From positions 584,709 to 648,708 of the forward strand of contig NZ_CANMZM010000003.1 in NCBI RefSeq assembly GCF_947502395.1: 64,000 nt of DNA, written 5' to 3'. This DNA is from an uncultured Erythrobacter sp. (GTDB taxonomy: Bacteria; Pseudomonadota; Alphaproteobacteria; Sphingomonadales; Sphingomonadaceae). The notes under the pieces were generated by a model. It saw nothing but the letters and a program-made list of their open reading frames with translations. It had not been told where the DNA came from and did not search any database. Positions 40,244 through 49,845 of the stretch are shown one piece after another; the stretch's first letter is position 1; the number at the start of each line of letters is the position of its first letter. A program made the translations under genes and the position numbers.

Positions 40244-40305
40244 TTGCTGCGCTTGAAGATTTATCTTCGTTGCGAGCCAACCCGGCGCGGCCTAATTCGG
40301 CTCCC

Positions 40306-41316
40306 ATGAATATCACTCAACCATATGGCGATACGCTTTCGCTTATCGGCAATACCCCGCTTGTGCGATTGAAAGGCGCGAGCGAAGCAGCTGGATGCGA
40401 CATTTGGGGCAAGTGCGAGTTTGCCAATCCAGGCTCGTCAGTGAAGGATCGTGCCGCGCTGTTCATGATTCGCGATGCAGAGGCGCGCGGTGACCTGCAG
40501 CCCGGTGGCACCGTGATCGAAGGGACCGCTGGCAACACCGGGATTGGCGTTGCTCTGGTTGCGAATGCTCTCGGCTATAAGACCGTTATCGTCATGCCAG
40601 ATAATCAGTCGAAGGAAAAGATGGACACACTGCGTGCGCTCGGCGCTCAGCTTGTCCTCGTCCCTCCGACGAAATATGCCGATCAGAACCACTTCCAGCA
40701 CGTTTCTCGCCGTTTGGCGGAGGAAACCGACGGTGCAATCTGGGCGGGGCAGTTCGACAATGTCGCAAACCGCCGCGCGCATATAGAGACAACCGCACCT
40801 GAGTTGTGGGAACAAACTGGAGGCAAAATCACCGGATTCACCTGCGCCGCTGGCACGGGCGGTACGATTGCGGGTGTCGGCATGGGCCTCAAGGAGAAGA
40901 ATGCGGATATCCGCATTGCCTTGACCGATCCGCACGGGGCGGCCCTCTACAGCTATTTCGCCACGGGCGAGCTCAAATCCGAAGGCTCATCAGTGGCAGA
41001 AGGCATCGGTCAGGGACGTATCACTGCAAACCTTGAGGGTGCCCCGATCGACACTCAATTCCGCATCAGCGACGAAGTTGGCCTCCAATGGGTTGCGCAA
41101 TTGTTGCGCGAAGAGGGGCTTTGCCTTGGTCTCTCCAGCGGGATCAATGTTGCGGGTGCGATCGAGCTGGGCCAACAACTCGTGGCGGAAGGCCGTGAGA
41201 GCCCCCAAGTCGCCACGATCCTATGCGATACCGGTTTCCGTTATCTTTCAACGCTCTACAACGCAAAATGGCTGGCCGAGAAAGGCCTCCCGGTGTTTGA
41301 TTGGCTTGAGCAATAG
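40306..41316 (+). CDS. cysK: Cysteine synthase A / O-acetylserine sulfhydrylase family
   Basis: IGNTPLV, NPGSSVKDR (PLP Lys), EGTAGNTG, AGTGGT, EGIG, GLSSG. Confidence 0.93.
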   Translation: MNITQPYGDTLSLIGNTPLVRLKGASEAAGCDIWGKCEFANPGSSVKDRAALFMIRDAEARGDLQPGGTVIEGTAGNTGIGVALVANALGYKTVIVMPDNQSKEKMDTLRALGAQLVLVPPTKYADQNHFQHVSRRLAEETDGAIWAGQFDNVANRRAHIETTAPELWEQTGGKITGFTCAAGTGGTIAGVGMGLKEKNADIRIALTDPHGAALYSYFATGELKSEGSSVAEGIGQGRITANLEGAPIDTQFRISDEVGLQWVAQLLREEGLCLGLSSGINVAGAIELGQQLVAEGRESPQVATILCDTGFRYLSTLYNAKWLAEKGLPVFDWLEQ

Positions 41317-41327
41317 GCCAGCTTATC

Positions 41328-41360
41328 TCGGGCGACTCGGTGAGTGAGCGCGCCCGATTT
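41328..41360 (+). terminator. Possible intrinsic terminator after cysK
   Basis: TCGGGCG (41328-41334) / CGCCCGA (41351-41357) stem with inner ACTC/GAGT stem, followed by TTT. Confidence 0.5.
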
Positions 41361-41409
41361 CCGAACCTGCCAATCGACAGCCATTCGATAGGGGGCTAAG
41401 CTGTCCCCT

Positions 41410-41823
41410 ATGACCGGCGGAAAATTCCAAAGCGCTGTAGACGCGGCAGCAGGCGAACCATCGCCGCAAAACGGGCCACCAGAGGGCGCGCCCTTGGGTG
41501 GCACCAAGGCAGAAGCGACACAGCGGTTACAGATCGGCCTCTTTGGGCTTGGCTCCATGGTGCTCTTGATCGGACTTGCCACGATCATCGGCAATCAGGC
41601 TGATATTACGCAAGAAAGCTCTGTTCCTGAGGCGGCACCAACCACCGAGCCCACCGATGTCGCGCCGCAGCGCGATCCGCTGGCGGATGCTGGCATTGTG
41701 CCGGATATTCCGGTGGAGCCCGAACCTGAAACGATTGAGGGCGTTGTGGAAGACCTGCCACTTGAAGATGTGGGTCCTGAAGAAGGGCCTGTCGATGATG
41801 CCGATGAAGCGCTTCAAGAATAG
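41410..41823 (+). CDS. Hypothetical single-pass membrane protein with acidic Pro-rich tail
   Basis: One TM (LQIGLFGLGSMVLLIGLATIIG), DPLADAGIVP motif, E/D/P-rich C-terminus. Confidence 0.75.
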   Translation: MTGGKFQSAVDAAAGEPSPQNGPPEGAPLGGTKAEATQRLQIGLFGLGSMVLLIGLATIIGNQADITQESSVPEAAPTTEPTDVAPQRDPLADAGIVPDIPVEPEPETIEGVVEDLPLEDVGPEEGPVDDADEALQE

Positions 41824-42625
41824 CTTACTGCTGGCTCTTGCATTGGCTGCTGGATTGGGAGCCTGCGGCGCTCAGTCAGAATGCAACCAGGCGGACCCAA
41901 GCGAACCGCGCCCCAAACTGGGCCTGATGACAAGCCTACCGATTTATTGGCCTCTTGGCACAGAGATTGGTGAGTTCGCATCGGGCGAATTCGAGACACC
42001 TTGGCAAAGAGAGGTGTTTGAGGGAAAATTCGAACTCGTTCCCCTAGACACTTTGTCGCCAGTCGCGGATCTCCATGTGGAGGCTCCGCCGATCGATCCG
42101 CTTGCAGAAATCGACCGCCTTGCTGTCATTCAGCCACGTGTTCTCACCCCAAGCGACAATGTCGCCCTGGACGATTGGGTTAGGGGCGGAGGGCGGTTGT
42201 TGCTTGTGCTCGACCCAGTTTTGGGCGGTCATTACCCTTTGCCTCTTGGTGATCCGCGGCACCCGGTAGAGGCTGCGCTTATTCCGCCGGTTCTCGAGCG
42301 CTGGGGTCTCGACCTTCGCTTCGATGAAGATCAACTCGCAATCCGGGAGGTTACCATTGCCGATACCAAGTTTCCGCTTGTGCTCACAGGCTCACTGCGG
42401 GAAGTCGCGGGCGCGTCGGGTCAATGCCGCATAATGGGCGAAGGCGTTCTGGCGAGATGCCGCTTGGGTAAAGGACTGGCAACGCTGCTGGCCGATGCAG
42501 AGATTTTTAAGAGCTCGCATCAAGTTGGCGTCGATGATGGCCATTCGCATGGACACGAGGATGGGCATGAGCAGGAGGCAAGAATTCCCGCAATTCAGGT
42601 GCTTGTGGAACTTGCTTTCGAATAA
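41804..42625 (+). CDS. Hypothetical lipoprotein, GldG/DUF4350-like fold
   Basis: Lipobox LGA-C after ATG 41804; LGLMTSLPIYW, ..QPR.L.PSDNVALDDWVRGGGRLLLVLDP, LLADA pattern; His-rich tail. Confidence 0.65.
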   Translation: MKRFKNSLLLALALAAGLGACGAQSECNQADPSEPRPKLGLMTSLPIYWPLGTEIGEFASGEFETPWQREVFEGKFELVPLDTLSPVADLHVEAPPIDPLAEIDRLAVIQPRVLTPSDNVALDDWVRGGGRLLLVLDPVLGGHYPLPLGDPRHPVEAALIPPVLERWGLDLRFDEDQLAIREVTIADTKFPLVLTGSLREVAGASGQCRIMGEGVLARCRLGKGLATLLADAEIFKSSHQVGVDDGHSHGHEDGHEQEARIPAIQVLVELAFE

Positions 42626-42646
42626 GAGTGATCATGTGTTATGCTG

Positions 42647-42851
42647 GGGAAACCACGGGACGAGCTTGATCAACGCCCGTTCGAACCAGGGAATCTGCGG
42701 GAATCGAACGAGATTCGTCAGCCTCATACGGGAAACTAAGGGACTTCAGGCGCGCGCCCCTGTGAATATAGTCGGAATCGGTGCTTTAAAAATCTATATT
42801 AAACAATTATTTAACGTTTAATCCCGTGAAATCCCTAGAAAAGCCCTTCCC
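42647..42851. repeat. Phased GGGA box pairs (putative MraZ operator array)
   Basis: GGGA at 42647/42657, 42689/42699, 42730/42740; inverted TCCC at 42822/42832 and 42848. Confidence 0.6.
42799..42815. promoter_or_regulatory. CtrA-like box in the AT-rich core of the dcw promoter
   Basis: Minus strand GTTAA-ATAATTG-TTTA (one mismatch), with further TTAA half-sites at 42786 and 42818. Confidence 0.5.
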
Positions 42852-42882
42852 AGTGACGCGCATCCTCGATATGTCTGCGTCC

Positions 42883-43050
42883 CATCAAACAGGCTGAATT
42901 ACCTCGCGCTGCTGATCTCAGTGGGCGCGCTGCCTCCGTTTGCGCGGAGGTGGTGGCGGGTAAGTCGTGGAATTTGGCAGGTTTGATGCCGGGTATAGCG
43001 CGAGGGAGCTGTGTGTTTCCTCTGCGTTCAAAGTGGAGAGGGAGCGGACC
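42883..43050 (+). ncRNA. Candidate structured cis-regulatory RNA leader of mraZ/dcw
   Basis: Nested helices read by eye plus a mutually exclusive 9-bp helix and an RBS-occluding hairpin (see findings). Confidence 0.45.
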
Positions 43051-43551
43051 GTGTCAGCGCCGCACAGATATAATGGACAAGCCTATTCGCCTGCGGGCGA
43101 TAAGGGTCGTTATGTCTTGCCTCCTGCCTTCCGCAAAGCAGTCAAAGAGAGCTCTGGTGGTTCCAAGACCCTCTGCCTCGCAGTCCATGACCGATACAAT
43201 TGTCTGATCGGCTTTGGCCTGAGTCGCGTCGATGAGTTCGATGAACAGCTCGAAAAAGAAGAGCAGCGCGCGATTGCGATGGGCAATAGGGATTTTGACC
43301 CCGACGCGCGCGCGGGTCAGCTTTATGGCTTTGAGCAGGTGCCCTTCGATGACAGTGGTCGCTTCGTCATGCCGGAGCAGTTCCGCGATCTCGATCTGGC
43401 GGGCGATGGCCTTTACTTCCATGGCTCTGGTAAGTTCTTCATGGTTTGGAAGCCCGACGAGCTTGGGCAGATGGGCAATGATTTCCGCGGTGCGAAGGCT
43501 GCGTGCAAATCGCAAATGGCCAAAGTGGCGTCGAAAGGGGGCAAAAAATGA
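43051..43551 (+). CDS. mraZ: Division/cell-wall cluster transcriptional repressor MraZ
   Basis: Two SpoVT/AbrB repeats GDKGRYVLP and DDSGRFVMP; first gene of dcw; GGAGAGGGAG RBS before GTG 43051. Confidence 0.92.
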   Translation: MSAPHRYNGQAYSPAGDKGRYVLPPAFRKAVKESSGGSKTLCLAVHDRYNCLIGFGLSRVDEFDEQLEKEEQRAIAMGNRDFDPDARAGQLYGFEQVPFDDSGRFVMPEQFRDLDLAGDGLYFHGSGKFFMVWKPDELGQMGNDFRGAKAACKSQMAKVASKGGKK

Positions 43552-44489
43552 ATGCGCCCCATATCCCCGTTCTGCTCGATGAGGTTGTTGCCAGCCTGAA
43601 TCCGATGCGGGCGATGTCGATCATCGATGCGACCTTTGGTGCGGGCGGCTATTCGCGCGCGCTGCTGGAGCGTGGTGCCCGCGTCTTTGGCTTCGATCGC
43701 GACCCAAATGCCGTCCGCGATGGTGCGGCCATTGTTGCTGAATTCGGTGGCCAATTGTCGCTTCATCAAGAGCGTTTTTCGCATATGCGTGAGGAGATGG
43801 TGCGCATCGGCGTGCCGCAAGTCGACGCGGTCGTCATGGACATCGGGGTCTCCTCTATGCAGCTTGATCAAGCTGGCCGAGGCTTTGCCTTCAGTAACGA
43901 TGGTCCGCTCGATATGCGGATGAGTCAATCAGGTGAAAGCGCCGCCGATTTCCTCAATACCGCCGATGAGGGCGCGATTGCGGACGTGCTGTACCAATAT
44001 GGCGAAGAGCGCCAGTCGCGCCGTGTAGCTCGCGCCATTGTCGCTGCGCGCCCGCTCGAGACGACGGGCGAATTTGCCCGCGTGGTGCGCCGCGCTCTGG
44101 GTCACAAACCGCATGATAAGAAAGACCCCGCGACGCGCAGCTTTCAGGCGGTCCGTATCCATGTGAATGATGAGCTGGGCGAACTTCGTGCTGGCCTTGC
44201 TGCTGCAGAGCTGCTCCTCAAAGCAGGCGGTGTTCTGGCCGTTGTCAGCTTTCACAGCCTCGAGGATCGGCTGGTTAAGCGCTTCTTTAAGTCCGCATCG
44301 GGCGCTGGCAAAGCGGTTTCGCGCCACCTTCCTGGAGAGGTTCCCGGCCCTGCGCCGACCTTCACCAAGGTATCCAAGGCCATTCGTCCATCCGAAGCCG
44401 AAATCGCGCGCAATCCTCGCGCGCGCTCTTCAATCCTTCGCCACGCCATTCGCACCTCTGCTCCCGCTCAAGAAAGGATGGAAGCATGA
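43548..44489 (+). CDS. rsmH: 16S rRNA m4C1402 methyltransferase
   Basis: [49 protein letters not shown]. Confidence 0.98.
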   Translation: MNAPHIPVLLDEVVASLNPMRAMSIIDATFGAGGYSRALLERGARVFGFDRDPNAVRDGAAIVAEFGGQLSLHQERFSHMREEMVRIGVPQVDAVVMDIGVSSMQLDQAGRGFAFSNDGPLDMRMSQSGESAADFLNTADEGAIADVLYQYGEERQSRRVARAIVAARPLETTGEFARVVRRALGHKPHDKKDPATRSFQAVRIHVNDELGELRAGLAAAELLLKAGGVLAVVSFHSLEDRLVKRFFKSASGAGKAVSRHLPGEVPGPAPTFTKVSKAIRPSEAEIARNPRARSSILRHAIRTSAPAQERMEA

Positions 44490-45049
44490 TCCCTAACGGT
44501 TCCCGCATTCGTCAAATGGGTTGGGCTGCGGTTCTCGCCGCCTGTGTTGCTCTGTTCGCGCTTCTCAGCTTTCAGGTGCAGACCGTGCGCAGCGAAGTGC
44601 TGCTTGCCGAGCGTGAGATCATTGCGCTTGAACGTGATGTGCTGATGCTGGAAACTGAGTTCCAAACGCGTGCAAGCCAAAGGCAACTTGCCGAATGGAA
44701 CACGATTGAGCTTGGCTATGAAGCGCCGCGCGCAGACCAATATCTTGAGAGCAACCGTCAACTTGCAAACCTGGGTCAGGATGTCAGGCCTGATGCGCCT
44801 GAGCCAATACGTGTGGCGCGCGCTGAGCTCTCGGCTGCGGATGCTGGGCCAAGGGATATGGTGTCACCGGTGACCGGTGCGCCGGTGACGCTGGCCTCGG
44901 CAAGCGCTGGTGAGGATGCTGGCGCGATCTTTGCTGATGCTTTTGGTGAGTTCTTGATCGATGCCTCTCCGATCCGGGCAGCCAATGCGCAAACTCCCAC
45001 GATGCCGTCGGCGGAGCCTGCCGTTTTGCTTGGTGAGGTGCGTGAATGA
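44486..45049 (+). CDS. ftsL: FtsL-like cell division protein
   Basis: TM helix followed by coiled coil ([15 protein letters not shown]); position between rsmH and ftsI. Confidence 0.75.
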   Translation: MIPNGSRIRQMGWAAVLAACVALFALLSFQVQTVRSEVLLAEREIIALERDVLMLETEFQTRASQRQLAEWNTIELGYEAPRADQYLESNRQLANLGQDVRPDAPEPIRVARAELSAADAGPRDMVSPVTGAPVTLASASAGEDAGAIFADAFGEFLIDASPIRAANAQTPTMPSAEPAVLLGEVRE

Positions 45050-46857
45050 ACGCGCTGGCCCTTTCAGGAGGGCAAGGAAGCTCGACAAGTCGCGCGTCCG
45101 CCTTCTTCAGTGGCTCAGATCAAGTACAACCTGACACGGCCGTGCCAACCGGCAGGGTTCATAGTGCGCATCGCCGCTCGTACTTTTTGGTGACGGCGCG
45201 CTCACGCCTGCTTTTGCTTATGGGCTGCTTTGCGCTTGTGGCGGTAATTGCGGTTTTGCGGATTGGTTATCTGGGCTTTGTCGGATCAGCACCGACGCAG
45301 CCGAGCCTATCCGAAGCGCTCCTGCCTCCGCGCGGTGAGATCGTTGATCGCAATGGCACTCCTTTGGCGCGCAACTTCCCTGCCTACGCCTTGTGGTTCA
45401 ATCCGAAGGCGATGGGCGATGATGGTGCACCTCTGGTGCGAGAGCCTTCTGAAGTCGCAACTCAGCTCAAAGCAATCTTCCCGGACTTGAATGTTGAACG
45501 CACCATTAAGATCCTGTCGTCCGAGCGTGGTGGTTATCTTTTGCGCCGCATCCTGCCGGAGGATGCAAATCGGGTGCTCAATCTGGGCGAAATTGCCCTC
45601 GAAGTACCGCGTGAGTTCGACCGCCACTATCCGCAAGGGCGGCTTGGTTCTCACGTGCTTGGCTTCGTCCGCGAGAATGACGAAGGAAAGAACGAGGGCG
45701 CATTCGGCATGGAACAGGTGCTTGATGCGCAGCTTTCCTCGGCTGAGCTTCGCGCTGAACCCGTTCCCCTGTCGATCGATCTGAGAGTTCAAGGCGCGCT
45801 GGAAGATGAGCTAGGCAAGGGGATGCTCGCAACCGATGCCAAGGGTGCGGCGGGTATTGTGCTCGATGTTGACACCGGAGAGGTCCTGGCCATGGCATCG
45901 CTCCCGGCGTTTGACCCCAACCTTTCCGACGCGCACCGTTCGCCCAATATCTATAACCGCGTGACCAATGGGGTGTATGAGCTTGGCTCCACCTTCAAGC
46001 CGATCACGATTGCGGCGGCCATTGATGGCGGTGTGGTGCGCAACCTTCGCAAAGAGTGGGATGCGTCGAATGTCGAGATTGCAGGGCGCACGATCCGCGA
46101 TCTGCATCCCAAGGGCGCAACGCTCAACGTACCGGAATCGCTCGTCTATTCGTCAAACACCGTGACCGCCCGTGTCGCGGATGAACTGGGTGAAGAGACC
46201 ATGCGCAAGGTCATGCTCGACCTGCAAATGAACGAGCGCCCGCAGATTGAATTGCAGGCCAAGGGTCGTCCACTGTGGCCGCAAGAACTACCCAATGGGA
46301 AATGGTCGCGCATCACCAATATGACGGTGAGCTATGGCCACGGTATTGCTGTGACACCGCTCCACCTCGCCAATGCCTATGCGGCGATGGTCAACGGCGG
46401 AATATGGCGACCCACGACCTTGCGCAAGCTCGAACCGGGCGAAGCGCCTAAGGGCAAGCGTGTGTTCAAGGCTTCCACCTCCTCGCGTATGCGCCAATTG
46501 CTGCGCATGATTGCTATGTACGGCACGGGCCGCAGCGCCGATGCGCCGGGTTACCGCGTTGGCGGCAAAACCGGTTCTGCTGAGAAAGCAGGGCGGGGCG
46601 GATATCGCCAAACCTCGCTCATCACATCCTTTGCCGCCGCCTTCCCGATGGATCGACCGCGCTATGTGGTGGTGACGGTGCTAGACGAGCCGCGCGCGAC
46701 CATTGCTGCTCGCGCACAGCGTACCGCTGCCTTCAACGCGGCTCCCATCGTCAAGGAATTGGTTCCACGGATTGGCCCCATGCTGGGCGTGAAGCCCGAT
46801 GCCAATCGAGATGTAGACATCTCTGACCTTCGCTATCTGGTGGAGGGTCGCCGGTGA
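45046..46857 (+). CDS. ftsI: Peptidoglycan D,D-transpeptidase FtsI (PBP3)
   Basis: RGEIVDRNG, YELGSTFK (SxxK), SSN (SxN), KTG. Confidence 0.96.
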   Translation: MNALALSGGQGSSTSRASAFFSGSDQVQPDTAVPTGRVHSAHRRSYFLVTARSRLLLLMGCFALVAVIAVLRIGYLGFVGSAPTQPSLSEALLPPRGEIVDRNGTPLARNFPAYALWFNPKAMGDDGAPLVREPSEVATQLKAIFPDLNVERTIKILSSERGGYLLRRILPEDANRVLNLGEIALEVPREFDRHYPQGRLGSHVLGFVRENDEGKNEGAFGMEQVLDAQLSSAELRAEPVPLSIDLRVQGALEDELGKGMLATDAKGAAGIVLDVDTGEVLAMASLPAFDPNLSDAHRSPNIYNRVTNGVYELGSTFKPITIAAAIDGGVVRNLRKEWDASNVEIAGRTIRDLHPKGATLNVPESLVYSSNTVTARVADELGEETMRKVMLDLQMNERPQIELQAKGRPLWPQELPNGKWSRITNMTVSYGHGIAVTPLHLANAYAAMVNGGIWRPTTLRKLEPGEAPKGKRVFKASTSSRMRQLLRMIAMYGTGRSADAPGYRVGGKTGSAEKAGRGGYRQTSLITSFAAAFPMDRPRYVVVTVLDEPRATIAARAQRTAAFNAAPIVKELVPRIGPMLGVKPDANRDVDISDLRYLVEGRR

Positions 46858-48356
46858 AGCTGGGGGCGCTGATCGAACAGGCGGGGCTGGGAATTGAAGT
46901 GCGCGAGGATATCGCGGTCACCGGCTTTGCTATCGATCACCGTAAAGTGGCACCCGGCACCGTTTTTGGCGCGTTTCGCGGCGCAAGGTTTAACGCCGAG
47001 GATTTTATTCCTGCTGCGATTGGAGCTGGAGCAGTCGCCATTGTGGCGGCTCCTGAAGCACGAGTGGACGGGGCGCTTCATATCGTGAGTGATGAACCCC
47101 GCCAGACTTTCGCAATGCTGGCTGCACAATTCTTCACACCTGCGCCAGAGACCATCGTCGCGGTGACAGGGACGAATGGAAAGACAAGCGTTTCCGAAAT
47201 GACCCGACAGATCTGGCGCATGTGTGGTGAGCGCGCAGCCAGCATCGGGACACTTGGTGTCACGACACCGGATGGCAGTGTCTCAACCGGGCTCACGACA
47301 CCTGATATTGTCACATTTCTTTCGAATATGAGCGGTCTGGCGCGCGAAGGTGTGACCCATGTCGCGTACGAGGCTTCGAGCCATGGCCTCTCGCAATATC
47401 GCAACGAAGGACTGCGTGTGGGAGCAGGGGCCTTCACAAATCTGAGCCGCGATCACCTCGACTATCACGGCACGATGGAAGAGTATTTCGGGTGCAAGAT
47501 GCGACTGTTTGCAGAAGTCGTCGAAGACGATGGCCACGCCGTGATCTGGAATGGTGCCGATGCAAGCGAGTGGGCCGCAAGCGCTATCGATAGCGCCAGA
47601 GCACGAGGATTGAGTATCTTCACCGTTGGCGAACGAGGCGAGGACTTGCGCCTTCTCAGCCGTGAGGCCACTCAGTTGGGCCAGGTGCTTGAGATCGAAC
47701 ATGCTGGCCAGACCCGCGCGGTTAAGCTTCCACTGATCGGGGCCTATCAGGCGGCCAATGCTCTGGTTTCTGCGGGGCTCGCGCTTGTTTGTGGTGCAGA
47801 CCCGTCCCAAGTTTTTGACGCGGTTTCGCGGCTTCAACCGGTTCGAGGACGGCTGGAGCGTGCAGTCATGACCGCGTCCGGTGCGCCCGTCTATGTCGAT
47901 TACGCGCACACGCCGGATGCTTTGGAAGCGGCTATCGCCGCCCTTCGCCCGCACATTGTTGGGCACAAAAACGGTCGTCTGATCGTTGTGTTCGGAGCAG
48001 GCGGTGATCGCGACAAGGGTAAGCGCGCCCCAATGGGCGAAGTCGCGGCGCGCAACGCGGACTTCGTCGTCATCACAGATGACAATCCGCGCGGTGAAGA
48101 ACCTGCGGACATCCGCGCCCAGGTGCTTGCTGGCGCGCAAGGAGCTGCCAATGTGCGCGCAATATCAGGGCGGCGAGAGGCCATCGCAGAGGCCATTGCC
48201 GAGGCGGGCGAAAACGATATCATTCTCATCGCCGGCAAAGGCCATGAGCAAGGACAGATAATCGGATCTGGAGACACAATGCAGGTTTTGCCGTTTGACG
48301 ATGTGGAAGTGGCCCGGGAGTGCGCTGCGGTGCCTGTGCAAGGAGATGCCGCATGA
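46854..48356 (+). CDS. murE: UDP-MurNAc-Ala-Glu--diaminopimelate ligase
   Basis: GTNGKTS, TTPD, EASSHGL, FTNLSRDHLDYH, VDYAHTPD, DNPR (mDAP specificity), GKGHE. Confidence 0.97.
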   Translation: MKLGALIEQAGLGIEVREDIAVTGFAIDHRKVAPGTVFGAFRGARFNAEDFIPAAIGAGAVAIVAAPEARVDGALHIVSDEPRQTFAMLAAQFFTPAPETIVAVTGTNGKTSVSEMTRQIWRMCGERAASIGTLGVTTPDGSVSTGLTTPDIVTFLSNMSGLAREGVTHVAYEASSHGLSQYRNEGLRVGAGAFTNLSRDHLDYHGTMEEYFGCKMRLFAEVVEDDGHAVIWNGADASEWAASAIDSARARGLSIFTVGERGEDLRLLSREATQLGQVLEIEHAGQTRAVKLPLIGAYQAANALVSAGLALVCGADPSQVFDAVSRLQPVRGRLERAVMTASGAPVYVDYAHTPDALEAAIAALRPHIVGHKNGRLIVVFGAGGDRDKGKRAPMGEVAARNADFVVITDDNPRGEEPADIRAQVLAGAQGAANVRAISGRREAIAEAIAEAGENDIILIAGKGHEQGQIIGSGDTMQVLPFDDVEVARECAAVPVQGDAA

Positions 48357-49825
48357 GCGCCGTCCACGCCCTTCTGCGCCAGTGGCCTTCTGATCCGCGA
48401 GATGCACTGCCGCTTGCCCTGTGGGATGCCGCTTCGATTGAAGCGGCGACAGGTGGACGCGCAAGCCATGCATTTCAGGCTTCAGGCCTTGAAATGGATA
48501 GCCGTGATGTGCGGCCCGGTGATGTCTTTGTTGCTCTCAAAGGCGAAGCAATGGATGGCCACAAGTTCATCCCCGCCGCCTTCGCGAAAGGCGCGGTTGC
48601 TGCACTTGTCGACCGACCAGTCGACCATCCCCATGTGCTGGTCAAGGATACGACTGAAGCACTCCATGCCCTCGCCCACTACGCCCGCAACCGGGCTGAC
48701 GCTGTGCGTATTGGCGTAACGGGTTCGGTCGGCAAAACCGGCGTAAAAGAGGCGATCTTTGCATCGCTCGACCGGTCCAGTCGGGGCGCTGCCCACCGCA
48801 GCGTTCGCAGTTATAACAACCACGTCGGCGTGCCGCTGAGCCTTGCCCGCCTGCCTGCACGTTCGAAGTATGGCGTGTTTGAAATGGGCATGAACCATGA
48901 GGGCGAGATTGCGCCCTTGTCCGCACACGTTCGCCCTCATGTGGCGCTTATCACCACGATCGCTCCCGCTCATATTGAGAACTTGGGTTCCATGGAGGCG
49001 ATTGCCGATGAGAAGTCGCAAATCTTCACTGGGCTGATGCCCGGCGGCACCGCAATTATTCCAGCCGATAGCGACTATACTCCGCGCATGATCACCAATG
49101 CGCGCAACATGGGTGTGAAGGTGGTGACCTTTGGTCGCAGCGCCAATGCGGATGTGCGCCTGATCGATGCTATTCCGGGTGCCAACGGTGGTTCGCTCGT
49201 CACCGCGCAGCTAGGGCCGGGGCACGGCAATGCTAGGGTCTGTTACTCGGTGGCAGAGCCCGGTGAGCACTGGATTTCCAATTCGCTCGGCGTGATCGCC
49301 GCAGTTCGAGCTGCGGGCGGTGATTTGGGGGCGGCAGGACTAGCTTTGGCCGAAATGGGCGGGCTCAAGGGGCGCGGCGCTAGGCACAATATCAATGTTT
49401 CTGGCGGCACAGCTCTGCTGATCGATGAAAGCTACAACGCCAATCCTACCTCTATGCGGGCGACTCTGAAAGCGCTTGGTCAAACACCTGCACTTCGCCG
49501 GGTCGCCGTGTTGGGCACGATGGGTGAATTGGGCGAGTTTTTCGAACGCTTTCATAGGCAATTGGCGGAGCCAATCACTGATGCTCAAATTGACCATTTG
49601 ATCCTTGTCGGCGAGGGAATGAGTGATTTGGCAGCTGAGTTGAGCAAGAGGCACGCGAAATCACTTGGATTCGTTCCAAGTTTCGAACATTGCGCGACCA
49701 CCAAAGACGCCATCTCCGTTCTTGGGAAGTTCGGCTTGACAAATGGAGATGTAGTTTTGGTCAAAGGCTCCAACTTCATGGGCCTTGGCGCTCTTGTCAC
49801 ACATTATACGAAGGCGGCCTCATGA
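48353..49825 (+). CDS. murF: UDP-MurNAc-tripeptide--D-Ala-D-Ala ligase
   Basis: GSVGKT, SYNNHVGVPL, EMGMNH.GEI, DESYNANP.SM, LVKGS. Confidence 0.97.
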   Translation: MSAVHALLRQWPSDPRDALPLALWDAASIEAATGGRASHAFQASGLEMDSRDVRPGDVFVALKGEAMDGHKFIPAAFAKGAVAALVDRPVDHPHVLVKDTTEALHALAHYARNRADAVRIGVTGSVGKTGVKEAIFASLDRSSRGAAHRSVRSYNNHVGVPLSLARLPARSKYGVFEMGMNHEGEIAPLSAHVRPHVALITTIAPAHIENLGSMEAIADEKSQIFTGLMPGGTAIIPADSDYTPRMITNARNMGVKVVTFGRSANADVRLIDAIPGANGGSLVTAQLGPGHGNARVCYSVAEPGEHWISNSLGVIAAVRAAGGDLGAAGLALAEMGGLKGRGARHNINVSGGTALLIDESYNANPTSMRATLKALGQTPALRRVAVLGTMGELGEFFERFHRQLAEPITDAQIDHLILVGEGMSDLAAELSKRHAKSLGFVPSFEHCATTKDAISVLGKFGLTNGDVVLVKGSNFMGLGALVTHYTKAAS

Positions 49826-49845
49826 AGAGGGCCCAAGGGATCTGA

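Noticed and set aside
41576-41803. N-terminal 76 codons of the 349-aa ORF in the track
   Set aside because: Overlaps the 41410-41823 gene in another frame; ATG 41804 gives a clean lipoprotein signal
42647-42743. CRISPR mini-array
   Set aside because: The repeats are only 4-6 nt long, there are no 25-40-nt direct repeats and no cas genes
42626-43050. RNase P RNA (rnpB), often found near mraZ in alphaproteobacteria
   Set aside because: The universal GAGGAAAGUCC and ACAGAA..CGGCUUA signatures are not present on either strand as far as I can read
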